A stretch of 64,000 bases of DNA. Source: Heptranchias perlo. Taxonomy: Eukaryota. Below, one piece after another: positions 1 through 12,859 of the stretch; position 1 is the first letter of the stretch; the number at the start of each line of letters is the position of its first letter. The stretch lies in assembly GCF_035084215.1 (NCBI RefSeq), contig NW_027139666.1, forward strand, positions 930,001-994,000. Direction: 5' to 3'. The notes beneath the pieces were generated by a model. That model made no database searches. It worked only from the letters and a program-made list of their open reading frames with translations, and had not been told where the DNA came from. Made by a program: the position numbers and the translations under genes.

Positions 1-119
1 GACATCTACTGGCCGGAAGCAGAACTGCAACAGTTCGGAACAAATTGCTGAAACTGGACAATGTGCAGTGTGAGCGTGTTTGTGATTGGTGGCAAGTATT
101 AAATCTGATTGGTTTCTTC

Positions 120-230
120 AGTTATCCAATCATATCGATAAAGGCAAAATATTGTGATATCAGTCCCAATCAGAATCATTGCCTTCCCTCATCCCTCATT
201 AGCATAGGGCTGTGGGGCTGCCTATTTAAT
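120..230 (+). promoter_or_regulatory. H2B promoter: CCAAT boxes, octamer-like ATTAGCAT (198-205), TATA-like TATTTAA (223-229)
   Basis: Motif order matches vertebrate H2B promoters and is repeated at 18280-18400 and 28240-28380. Confidence 0.75.
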
Positions 231-282
231 CCGAGCTCGGAGACGATTTGGTTCATTTCTGAGTCTGAAATTGATTTTCAAA

Positions 283-657
283 ATGCCTGAGGACAAGAAA
301 GCAGCTCCCAAGAAGGGCGCCAAGAAAACCTTGAGTAAAGCACCAGCCAAGGGCGGCAAGAAGCGGAGAAAGGCGAGGAAGGAGAGTTACTCCATCTACG
401 TCTACAAAGTGATGAAGCAGGTTCACCCCGACACCGGCATCTCCTCCAAGGCCATGAGCATCATGAACTCCTTTGTGAACGATATTTTCGAGCGCATCGC
501 GGGTGAGGCTTCCCGCCTGGCCCATTATAATAAACGCCGCACCATCAGCTCTCGGGAGATCCAGACCGCCGTGCGCCTGCTGCTGCCCGGGGAACTGGCC
601 AAGCACGCCGTGTCGGAAGGGACAAAGGCGGTGACCAAATACACCAGCTCCAAGTAA
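283..657 (+). CDS. H2B: Histone H2B (124 aa), replication-dependent
   Basis: [11 protein letters not shown]...[27 protein letters not shown]...AVTKYTSSK. True ATG at 283 (the ORF track starts at an upstream TTG). Stem-loop follows. Confidence 0.98.
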   Translation: MPEDKKAAPKKGAKKTLSKAPAKGGKKRRKARKESYSIYVYKVMKQVHPDTGISSKAMSIMNSFVNDIFERIAGEASRLAHYNKRRTISSREIQTAVRLLLPGELAKHAVSEGTKAVTKYTSSK

Positions 658-691
658 AACTCCACAATGGACTGAAAAAAATAAACACAAA

Positions 692-707
692 GGCTCTTTT
701 AAGAGCC
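692..707 (+). promoter_or_regulatory. Histone 3' stem-loop (H2B)
   Basis: GGCTCTTTTAAGAGCC followed by ACCCA. Confidence 0.97.
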
Positions 708-1451
708 ACCCACAGTCTCTCTGAAGACGCTGTACCGACACCTCTGTATGGAATCATTTTACGGTAGATAGTTTGACACTAACTGTCTCTTTATAACTTG
801 TCCTTTTGTGATTTCTCTTGATATCGGGTAGATTCTCATAATAACTGCCGGGTATAATCTGTGTGGAGATGTTCAATTTACAGCCAATAAACAAAAACGT
901 GTCCCTGAACCTCTCATTTCAGTTCATTTTCCGCCCCTTCCCCCGCTTCTGCCCCTTCAGAGCTGTTTTAAGGCGGTGGATTCGAGTTCGGTCATTTCAT
1001 TCTCCTTCTCACGTATATTTGTTAATTATTCGGGACAAAACGAGGCTTTATTCCAGCCCGATTGAAAGTGAACGGAGAATGAAGCGGTTTGCAACAGATT
1101 CTGGAAGTTGTGACGAGAAATGTGGAATAACAGAGTAAAAGATGAGATGTTTAAATATTTGTTTTTACGCGACATTATTTACTAAATCCGCTTCTTGTGT
1201 TACAAATATATTGGCGGGCTTTTCACATTTCAAAAAAAGGTTCTGGCCGGTATTTTCCGCCCTTTTCTCATTGCCGGCTATTGAGTGGTGAATAAAACAA
1301 GCCTCTGATTGGTTTAACGAACAGCTCAATGTGGTTGAGAACACATGGACCAATCACAAGTGCCCCCACTGCACTCCTCCAGAAGGTTTTCGAAGGGCGA
1401 GTGCGGGAGGATTTCTTCATTCTTTGTGAAAGTGTTTGTGAGATTGTGGAA

Positions 1452-1840
<389 letters not shown>

Positions 1841-1870
1841 AGCGGACACGATTTGATCTGATAACCCAAA

Positions 1871-1886
1871 GGCTCTTTTCAGAGCC
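1871..1886 (+). promoter_or_regulatory. Histone 3' stem-loop (H2A pseudogene)
   Basis: GGCTCTTTTCAGAGCC ACCCA, then purine-rich GAAAGGGCTG. Confidence 0.95.
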
Positions 1887-2439
1887 ACCCACTGTATCGG
1901 TGAAAGGGCTGGTTACTGTCGAAGCGAGTCATGAATCAATTTAATAGGGACTTGATTCCGATCCGAGAAACTAACAATAACTTGTTCAATACAAATGATC
2001 CAGATCGGTCTTTTTGCAGTACTCGCTTCAGGACAGCAGATGTCGCCAATCTCCCATAGATTGATAATTGCAGATTGTATGGTGAATGAGACAAAAAATA
2101 ACAAAATCGTCAGAATTGTCAATTGGGCGGGTGGGATACAGAAATACCAGGGACGCATATGATTATTTTCTGTCTCATTCTCGGACAACACTGGCTCAGT
2201 CTGAGTTATTTTGCCCAGATTTGAACAGATGCTGACTGATATGCTGATTATTGTGTCAGCGATTGCTGAATTGAGAATGTGAGTGCAATTTCTTTTTGGA
2301 TGTGAGTGAGGGAATTATTCTGTCCCTGTCCGTCCCACATCTGCTCCCTCCCTTTTATGCATTTCCCATTCAAGCAAGTTTCTCACGGCCATGCGATTTC
2401 AACCCATGCGATCACAGCTCTTTCCATCGCCGATTTGGT

Positions 2440-2455
2440 GGCTCTGAAAAGAGCC
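2440..2455 (-). promoter_or_regulatory. Histone 3' stem-loop (H3) with HDE
   Basis: Reverse complement GGCTCTTTTCAGAGCC; HDE GGAAAGAGCTG about 15 nt downstream. Confidence 0.96.
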
Positions 2456-2488
2456 TTTGTTGCACTTGGTGCTGAAGCCGGGTCGGGT

Positions 2489-3028
<540 letters not shown>

Positions 3029-3721
3029 TCAGGGAGGGACCGCCCCGGGACTGTGATTGGTAGATTTGAACCGAGCTCTGTCAGTCAGACCGAAACGGCG
3101 GGAGGTATTGTGCCCAATTGGCTGAGCTGAAATTAAACATGAATTTCAAAAAGCCCGCCAATTTCAGGTCATCAAATAACAGTTTCAAGAAAATCTCATT
3201 TCTCTCAAGCAATTTAAGAATCCCTCTCTTTATAATCTCCATTATTTCCAACTCCTCAGCTCAAATCTCAAGCTGTTTCACATTCCGGTTCATTCTCTGA
3301 TCTGTCTGTAAACGAGCGGGAATTAAGCCCCGGTCATTGTTTTCCTGAACCGGACAAAGTCCAGCTTCAATTTCAAAAATCCCGCCAGTTCCAGCCCGGT
3401 GAACCGCTCCTCAAACAGAAACTTCACATCGACCTGATAATTGAATGAAACACCGAGCAGAGAGGACACAGCGGGAGAGGTTGTGAGGCGGGATTTTACT
3501 CTGAACGGAGAATGCAATGTCTGCGGAAAGACTCTGTATCACCACCTGTTCATTTATACCGTGAAACCGGGAATTCCGCTTTCTCTCGGGATGGCTGATC
3601 TCCCTTTACTGAATGTTGGGGAATCTCCCCATCGTAATTAAATATCGGAAACTGCTTCCCCACTCCTAAATCTTTCCTCTCCCCGTTCCCAGGTCAGTGC
3701 TCTCTCTGTGAGGCGGTGGGT

Positions 3722-3737
3722 GGCTCTTAGAAGAGCC
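3722..3737 (-). promoter_or_regulatory. Histone 3' stem-loop (H4)
   Basis: Reverse complement GGCTCTTCTAAGAGCC ACCCA; HDE AGAGAGCACTG downstream. Confidence 0.95.
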
Positions 3738-3772
3738 TTTGTTTTGTGTTCGGTTAGAAAGGGTCGAGTCGT

Positions 3773-4093
<321 letters not shown>

Positions 4094-4139
4094 TCACTCA
4101 GATCGCTGCTGAATGAACAGCGAACTTATCCTGGTTCCC

Positions 4140-4171
4140 TTTTTATGCAGCCTGTCCCGACCTGACTGAAA
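4140..4171 (-). promoter_or_regulatory. H4 promoter: H4-box-like TTTCAGTCAGGTCGG and TATA-like CATAAAA
   Basis: Resembles the vertebrate H4 subtype element (TCAATCNGGTCCG); a similar motif lies at 21875-21890. Confidence 0.55.
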
Positions 4172-4184
4172 CATTCACAGGATG

Positions 4185-4290
4185 ATAGAGGGAGGGGAGG
4201 AGACAAAGTGAGACATTGAACAGAGAGGGGAGGAGACAGAGTGAGATATTAAACAGAGAGGGGAGGAGAGAGTCAGAGTAACGGACAGAG
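4185..4290. repeat. ~33-bp purine-rich tandem repeat, ~3 copies
   Basis: AGAGAGGGGAGGAGACAGAGTGAGATATTAAAC units. Confidence 0.75.
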
Positions 4291-4767
4291 CAGAGAGCGG
4301 CCTCTGATCTTCCAGCTCCACCTCCAGCTTTCTCCACCCGCCAATTTCAAACCGTTTATCGATAACTGAACCGAAACACAGCGCTCCGCACAAACCCTTA
4401 CAGACTCGGGCTTCATATTCAAGGATTTCCAGAAACTCGGAGCTTTTGAATAAGCCCCATTACAATTAAGAGTCAGTAATATTCCTGCCCAAATACAGTC
4501 CCTTCTATAACATATCTACCCGTCTCCTTCCATTTCAGTGGCAGACCCGATTCTATCTCCCCACACATCCCCTCCCAGACGGGTTCAGCAGTTTACAAAC
4601 ACTTATTCCAGCTGATTTGGAGAATCTCATGTGTTGGGGTTTTAATTGTGATAGCGGCGGATCTCCGCCAGTTTTACCCTGTCACGGACTCTCGCCCTGA
4701 ATCTGTGAGAAAAATGAACTGGGACTGGAGCCGAACACACGCCAGTTCGAGTGAGGCCCGGCCCGGA

Positions 4768-4868
4768 CATATCGGAAACTGCTTCCCCAGCCCTAGATCT
4801 TTCCTCTCCCCGTTCCCAGGTCTGTGAGGCGGTGGGTGGCTCTTGGAAGAGCCTTTGTTTTGTGTTCT
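4768..4868 (-). other. Orphan copy of an H4 3' end with stem-loop (4838-4853) and deleted HDE
   Basis: Matches 3642-3751 apart from a deletion that removes the HDE; no H4 CDS is attached. Confidence 0.85.
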
Positions 4869-5022
4869 CTCTATTTTATTTCAGACAGTGGGGTTGGGGC
4901 GTGGGTAGTGAGTCACCAGGACCCTGGGTTTATTTTCAATGATTTCCATCTGAAATCTGAGCCCGGCCCCGGGACAGGAATCATCTGATTCCGGGGTCAG
5001 CTCTTTTCTGAGAGACGTGGGT

Positions 5023-5038
5023 GGCTCTGAGAAGAGCC
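5023..5038 (-). promoter_or_regulatory. Histone 3' stem-loop (H1) with HDE
   Basis: Reverse complement GGCTCTTCTCAGAGCC ACCCA; HDE GAAAAGAGCTG at 4998-5008. Confidence 0.96.
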
Positions 5039-5074
5039 GTTGGGTTCAGATGTTCACAAGTTGCACTTGATTTT

Positions 5075-5710
5075 TTACTTCTTTTTGCCCGCTGCTTTCT
5101 TGGGCTTTGCTGACTTCGGCTTGGGCTTGGCCCTCGCTTTTTCTACCTTCTTCGCCTTCACCGGCTTGGGGGTCTTGGGCTTCTTAGCCGCCGCTTTCTT
5201 CTTAATTGGTGATTTCGCCGCCTTTTTCGTGGTCGATTTCTTGGCAACAGGTTTCTTGACCGCTGATTTCTTGGCGGCCGGTTTCTTGGCCGTTAATTTC
5301 ATGACGGCTGTTTTTTTGTTCGCTGGTTTCTTTCCGGGAGATTTCTTGGTCACTTGTTTCTTCACCTTCTTTACCACTTTTGCCTGAGTTTCCTTCTGAG
5401 CGACTCTGAAGGAGCCCGAGGCGCCCGTGCCCTTGATCTGCACCAGGGAGCCTTTTTCCACATTTCTCTTGATACTTAATTTAATCTGGGACCGGTGCTT
5501 CTCCACATCCAGGCCTTTGGCAGCCAGAACCTTCTTTATCGCGGCCAGGGATATCCCCTTGCGATCCTTGCAATCCGCCACAATCTTGAGGATCTGTTCG
5601 CCCAACGGGGGACCGGTGGGTCGGGGAACCGCCTTCTTCTTATTCGGAGCATTGGTTTGAGCGGCGGCGGCGGCAGAAGGAGCCGTTTCGGCGGTTGCAG
5701 TGTCTGTCAT
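5075..5710 (-). CDS. H1: Linker histone H1 (211 aa)
   Basis: MTDTATAETAPS..., globular domain ending LVQIKGTGASGSFRV, K/A/P-rich tail, stem-loop. H1-box AAACACA at 5855-5861 and GC box at ~5809 upstream. Confidence 0.95.
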   Translation of the reverse strand: MTDTATAETAPSAAAAAQTNAPNKKKAVPRPTGPPLGEQILKIVADCKDRKGISLAAIKKVLAAKGLDVEKHRSQIKLSIKRNVEKGSLVQIKGTGASGSFRVAQKETQAKVVKKVKKQVTKKSPGKKPANKKTAVMKLTAKKPAAKKSAVKKPVAKKSTTKKAAKSPIKKKAAAKKPKTPKPVKAKKVEKARAKPKPKSAKPKKAAGKKK

Positions 5711-7338
5711 GTCCGGGACTCTGGAGAAAATCTCTCTGACAGTCAGAGCTGGGTCAGAAATGAAACGAGAGGCGGCGGCACAGAGCAACTTAAAGGCACA
5801 AAGCGGACGGGGCGGAGACACCTTGCTGTCAGCTCCCGGCCCCTCCAGCCTCTCTGTGTTTCTCTCTCCTCTTAAACTCGCCGGTTACAATTAAAATCGG
5901 GCACTCCAGAGTCCCAGACTAGCCCCTTCCTATATCTAACACCGGAATGTTTGCTGTCGAAAAACTTTCACCGGAATTGAAAGCACCAGTTTCGATTTAA
6001 ACCCGTTTCATTGCTGCACTGATCGCGCTCTCTCACCCGATCGCTGACAGGATCTCCGTTTTTCGTCTGAAATCTTGAATTTAACTCAAACCTTACCTTA
6101 ATTTTTCACTTCGGAGCTCGGCAGGGGAGGAGTGCGATCCTTTGAAAGGGATTTTTAAAAATTTTACTGAAAAGCGACCCGGAAATCCGGCGATGTGACC
6201 GGCCACACAAACACAGTGACATTAATCTAACCCGCCCGCCCGTTTAACACACTCTCTCTGACACAATGTTCACATCTTCACATTCACAGGACAAACTGGT
6301 CGCCAGATTGACAATTCCCGGGACAGGCTTTCCTCCCCGCTCGACCTGTGCTGCAGATTCTCGGGGTTTAGTTGTAGTTTCCCAGCTCAGTAACTGTTAA
6401 ACACTCTGAGGCCGGCGCTCCTCACAGTGACCGTCTCACCAACAGCACCGGAGGTCTGTTCACAAACACTGAATCAGTCTTTACCTTCCATCAGGGTGTC
6501 GATATTAAGCTCAGTAACAGTATTTCGCTTTCATTTACAGCGCTGGAGAGAGAGAAAGACAGACCGACAGATAAACAGACAGACAGAGACACACACACAG
6601 ACAATGTATCAGTCTCACACTTCCTATCAGTATGTCCGTTTCACACTCAATAACAGTATCCCACATTCATATGCTGTGCAAAAGAGAGAGAGATAAACTG
6701 ACCTGGAATGTCCAGTTTTCACTCAGTAACAAATTGGAAAAATTCTCCATTCCAATTGCTATTCCAAGGTGGAGTGACAGAAGATGCAGTCTCATCTCTC
6801 ACTAAAATTATTTCAGAGACAGACACATTATTAATCCCATTCTCAGGGACAGTGTCACACATTTAACCCTCTCTTGCATGTTTCACCCTTTGTAATCTTG
6901 CAGCTCAGGCCCATTCAGTATTTCCCTCAGTGACCGAGAGTTTCATTCCGATTGAAATAATCTGGGACTGTTGCTGTCAGATGTTAATCCCACACGGTCG
7001 CAGCAAATATACGGACTCCCACTTTCCTCCGCTGTTTCTCCAGGATTGGTTTGAGAAATCCTCCCTCCAGTTTCGGAGTCACGGGTTGCTTTATCAGTCA
7101 GGGAGCCAAGAATGAACAGAACCCATTGGCTCATTTCACAGACGCCCATTTTATCAATGAAAGGCCTTTTACCATCAAAAGATACCGAGAGAAACAGCAG
7201 GGATGGAAACATCGAGTTTAATAGTGAGAGATTGTAAAGTCAGTCTGGATTCCAGCGTTAGGCACTGGTGGAATCCCATCTGTTTCCATTCTGGTGCCTG
7301 TTCCTGCACTGTCTGTGGACCCCATTCCCTTTGACCTT

Positions 7339-7447
7339 TCTGAGAGTGATAATATACATACTGTGTGTGAGAAGGAGTTGGCTGCACTGTTCCTTTGTCT
7401 CGGGGGGAGGAAACTTCACATTCATTCTGGATCCTTCTCGGATTTGC
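7339..7447 (-). repeat. Inverted duplicate of exon 3 of gene X copy A (8464-8572)
   Basis: Reverse complement matches 8464-8572 almost exactly; absent from the paralogous promoters at 35.9 kb and 56.5 kb. Confidence 0.85.
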
Positions 7448-7517
7448 TCAGACTCTGAAAAATTCCAATTGGGGAAAGTTTCCATCGATTTTTGTATTGG
7501 GAATTAAAACAGATATC

Positions 7518-8688
7518 TGCGCATGCGTGACCCAGCCCCGCCCCCAACGCTGATTGTTGATGAGCAGAAGAGCGCATGCGCGCTCCCCTCCCCCAGCTCA
7601 GCCTGTGGGCGCCATTCCCTCAGTGAGCGGAAGAAGATGGTTTAAAACAGCCGGGAATGGAGAGATCACGGCCCCCGGGGGAAGGGAGCAAAGAGCAGCC
7701 GCGTTACAGCAGCTCATCGCTTCGGGACCGTGTCCGCAGATGGGCTCAGAGATCGGCATTGAGTCCAGGGTGAGGGCAGGGGAGTCCGGGGTCTGTTTGT
7801 AAGAGGCGGAGTGGATCAGGATCTGGTCCCGGAACATGGAGTGAGCGGGGGAAGGGAGAGTTCATTCTCGGGCTGTGTGTGTACAGGGTGTGTCCAGGGG
7901 AAGGGAGAGAGAATGGGAAGAACGTGCTATTTAAAATCATTGCTGTTTTCTCTCCCCAAACCAGTAGTGAATGGTCCTGGTTTAGTTCCTATCTCACCCT
8001 GTTTATTGTTATTGGACAGTGAAGAGTGGAAACAGAGCCGGACAGTAAGGATGTGGGGAGTTATGCAAAGAGCATCTATTGAAAGCACCAGGTGAGAAGT
8101 GTGAAGGACACATTTCAAACAGCGGCTGTTTGCTTTCTGTTGAACGGTTAGTCCCATGGGAGAGGGGATTAGAAACCCGACCTGTACAAAGGGCCCTGCC
8201 CCATAGGGTAGTCCCATTCATGGATCAGTGCAGGGGTTGCATTTTGTCTGGATGTCACTCAATTGTTCTAAAACAGCCTAACACACCTGGTATGCTGAAG
8301 CTGAGTGCTGCAGGACTGCAGTCGAGTCAGACACTGACAATGTATCACTGGTTTTCATTTGTCGAAGCACAAAATAATTATTAACAGAGCTATTAAACTG
8401 ATCACTTTTGTATTTTCTACCTCACCTGTTATTGAGTAACAAGAGATAATTTTCTTTCTACAGGCAAATCCGAGAATGATCCAGAATGAATGTGAAGTTT
8501 CCTCCCCCCGAGACAAAGGAACAGTGCAGCCAACTCCTTCTCTCACACAGTAGGTATATTATCACTCTCAGAGCACAGAGACACAGACAGGTCATCAGTT
8601 CCACAGTCTCAGACAGCAGAAGTAGTCAGTTCCACACTGATCCCAAGTTCCAGAGACACATTTTCAATCCAACAGTCAAACAGAGCAG
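7518..8688 (+). pseudogene. Unknown multi-exon gene 'X', copy A (promoter; exons 7657-7798, 8020-8091, 8464-8549/8688), disrupted
   Basis: NRF1-like sites at 7518 and 7572; GT/AG sites shared with the other copies; TGA at 7771, 1-nt deletion in exon 1, TGA early in exon 3. Confidence 0.5.
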
Positions 8689-8899
8689 GTGAGGCAGACG
8701 CTGTTCCATTGCACCCGAACTCAGTCCCGCTGACAGGAAGATACAAAAATCCCAGTCCAAGATCACACTATCAGATTGTCAATTTCCAAGAAGTGCGGCA
8801 TTCGCCATGAATTAAAAACCAGATACCCCGAGATTCCAATTGAATACTAGCCCAGAACCCTCACACCCACACGGGAGTTTAATACACGCAGTATCCATT

Positions 8900-11800
8900 C
8901 GAATAGTGTACCATTCGAATACAAATTGCAAGTCCAAAAATCATGTACAATATCAGATTGAGAAATGCTGTGACAGTGTAACCTGAGAAACAAATTAGAT
9001 ACCAGTTTATAATATACTCATAGCATGAGATTTAAAGATACAGTATCAATTCCTTTACTGCAGGCTGATCGACACATTATATACCAATTCAAAAATGTCA
9101 CCATATCAGTTTGAAAGAAATATTATCATTCACAATAGTACTCACAGAGATACTGATATGATACTCGTCCAAAAAACACAAATCTTCTGATTAAAACCTC
9201 CAGCATCAAATCCTAAAGTGTATCCATGTTTACCAATTAAATACTTGGAAAAACTGTTTAAACATTAAGATCGTAAAGCTACAGTATTGAACACCATAAT
9301 GTAATCTGAGAGAATAATTATATACAGATACAGAATGAATCTCACACTCAGATACAGTACAGAGACACACAAACACAGAATGAATCCCACACTCACATAC
9401 AGTACTAGAGTTTGCTAGACACAGATTGAATCCAACACTCAAGTATGGTGCTAGAGATGTCAGATACAGAATGTATCACACACTGACATACAGTACCAAG
9501 GACTGACAGATAGCAAAACCATCCCACACTCTCATAAAGCACTAGAGACTGAGAGATACAAAATAAATCCCAAACTCAAACACAGTACCTGAGATTGGCA
9601 GATACAGAATGAAGACCACACTCACGTACAGTACCACAGTCTGATAGAGTACAGAATGAATCTCACACTCACACACAGTACTCGAGACTGACAGATACAG
9701 ACTGAATCCCACACTCACACACAGTACCTGAGATTGGCAGATACAGAATGAAACTCACACACAGTACCAGAGACTGACAGATACAGAATGAATCCCACAC
9801 TCACAAGCAGTACCTGAGTTTGGCAGATACAGAATGAATCTCACACTCATACACAGTACCAGAGACTGACAGATACAGAATGAATCCCACACTCACACAC
9901 AGTACCTGAGATTGGCAGATGCAGAATGAATCTCACACACAGCACCAGAGACTGACAGATACAGAATGAATCCCACACTCACACACAGTGCCAGAGACTG
10001 AGAGATACAGAATGAATGCCACACTCACACGCAGTACCTGAGATTGGCAGATACAGAATTAATCTCACACTCACACACAGTACCAGAGACTGACAGATAC
10101 AGTATGAATCTCACACCAACATACATTATGAGAAACTGGATATATGGAAATAATTCAACACCCACACACAGTACTAGAGAATGTATATGCAGAATGAATC
10201 CCACAGTCAAATAGAGTACCAGAGAGTGACAGTTACAGCATGAATCCCACACTCACAGTCAGTACCAGAGACTGAGAGTAACAAAGTGAATCTCACAGTC
10301 ACCTACATTAGTGCAGGCTGAGTTACACATTACGTACCAGAGCAAAAATCTCACAGTCGCAGATCGAAAGATACCTCATCAATTCCATCAATGCTGTCTT
10401 AGTTACACATTACATACCAGTCCAAAAATTTCATCGTGTCAGATTTAAAGGTGCAGTATCAATTCTATTAGCGCAGACTGAGCTACATATTAGATATATT
10501 GGTAAATACTCATGGAGTATTACACTGAAATAAACAGTATCAATACCATTGGTACAGACTGAACTACACATTACATACGAGTCCAAAAACCTCATAAATG
10601 ATCAGACTGGAAAATAGAGTTTCAATTCTATTAGCACTGCCTGAGCTGTACATTACATACCAGACTGGAAATCCAATAAAATATTAGACTAAAAGATGTA
10701 GTATCGATTTCATGAGTGCAGACTGAGCCACACATTATATAGCAGTCCAAGAATCTCATACCTTATCAGACTCAAAGATACAATATCAATTGCATTAGCA
10801 CAGACAGAGCTACATGTTACACACCAGTCCAAAAATCTCATACAGTTTAGACTGAGATACAGAATTAATCCCATTATTGCAGAATAAACTAAACATTACA
10901 TAAGGGTCCAATAATTTCACCGGGAACAGATTGAAAGGTACATTATCATTCACAATAAAGTTCATAGATTAAGATGTAATACTACTCCAAAACTCACACA
11001 CATTGTTTGATTAAAGATAATTGAAAAGTGCATCCATATTAACAAATTAAATACTCGATGAATAACTGTATATAATTTAAAGTATTAAATCTACAGTTTC
11101 AAAAACGATACTTTAAACTGAAATAAGAACACCGAATGAATCCAGACTTGCACATTGTCTCAGAGACTGAATTACAGAATGAATCCCACACTGAGATAAA
11201 GTAGCAGAGAATGGCAGATACAGAATGAATCCCACACACACAGATAGCACCAGAGACTGACAGATACAGAATGAATCCATCACTTATATGTAATACCCCT
11301 GAGACTGAGAGATGCAGAATATACCCCATGCTCACACTCAGTACCAGAGACTGACAGATATAGAATGAATCCTACACTCACATACAGTATCCGGAACAGA
11401 ATGAATCTCACTCGCGCACAGTACCAGGGACTGACAGATACAGAATGAATCTCTCACTCAAAAAGTACCAGAGACTGATGGATACAGAATGAATGTCACA
11501 GTCACATTACTGCTGACTGAGTTACACTTTACAGACCAGTCCAAAGATCTCATAGTATCAGATTGAAAGATAAAGTATAAATTCCATTAGTGCAGACTGA
11601 GCTACATATTAGATATATTGGTAAATACTCAGTATTATACAGATATAAATATTATCAATACCATTGGTGCAGACTGAGCTACACATTACATACGAGTCCA
11701 AAAATCACATAAATGATCAGACTGAAAGATATAGTTTAAATTCTTTTAGCACCGCCTGAGCTAAACATTATATAACAGTCCAACAATCTCATACAATGTT

Positions 11801-12590
11801 AGACTGAAAGGTACAGTATCGATTTCATTAGTGCAGACTGAGCCACACATTATATAGCAATCCAAGAATCTCATACCTTATCAGACTCAAAGACATAATA
11901 TCAATTCCATTAGCACAGACTGAACTACATGTTACTCACCAGTCCAAAAACTTCATACAGTATAAGACTGATAGGTACAGTATCAATTCCTTTAGCGCAG
12001 GATGAGCTACATATTACATATCGTGTCCAAAAATCACATGTCGTGTTAGACTCAGATACAGAATTAATCCCATTATTGCAGACTGAGCTACTCATTACAT
12101 ACCAGTCCAATAATTTCACCGGGAACAGATTGAAACGTACATTATCATTCACAATACAGTTCAGAGATTAAGATATAATACTGCTCCAAAACTCTCACAC
12201 ATTGTTTGAATAAAGAAAATCGAAAAATGTATCCATATTAACAACGTAAATAATCGACGAAGAACTATATATAATTTAAAGCATTAAAGATACAGTTTCA
12301 AATACGATACTGTAAACTGAAATAAGAATACAGAATGAATCCAGACTTGCACATTGTCTCAGAGACTGAATGACAGAATGAATCCCACACTGAGATAAAG
12401 TAGCAGAGAATGGCAGATACAGAATGAATCCCACACTCACATACAGCACCAGAAAATGACAGATACAGAAATAATCCCACACTCACATAAAGTACCAGAG
12501 ACTGACAGATACAGAATGAATCCCAAACTCACGCACAGTACCAGAGACTGACAATGACAGAATCAACCCCACTCTCATGTACAGTGCTAG
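8900..12590 (+). repeat. Composite satellite: 46-bp blocks alternating with 82-bp blocks, with a ~1.2-kb higher-order duplication
   Basis: 46-mer AGAGACTGACAGATACAGAATGAATCCCACACTCACACACAGTACC; 82-mer starting CAGACTGAGCTACACATTACATACCAGTCC; marker GGGAACAGATTGAAA at 10922 and 12121. Confidence 0.9.
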
Positions 12591-12859
12591 AGATGACATC
12601 TACTGGCCGTAAGCGAGAACTGTAATGAGGGAACAAATTCACATTATCTGTCGTGGTCAGAGAAACAGGATAATGTGCAATGTGATGGAAGTTTCGGTCT
12701 GCAACTTTTACTCTCGTATTTTTGCACTTTTTGACGGTGAAAAATGAAGACGATTGATTCATAATAAAGTTTTTGTTTCACTCATTCGATAGTTGTGAAT
12801 TTACCCCATTGTATTTCGCTTTACATTGCGAAGTATTTCTCGCTGATATCTCAGGATGA

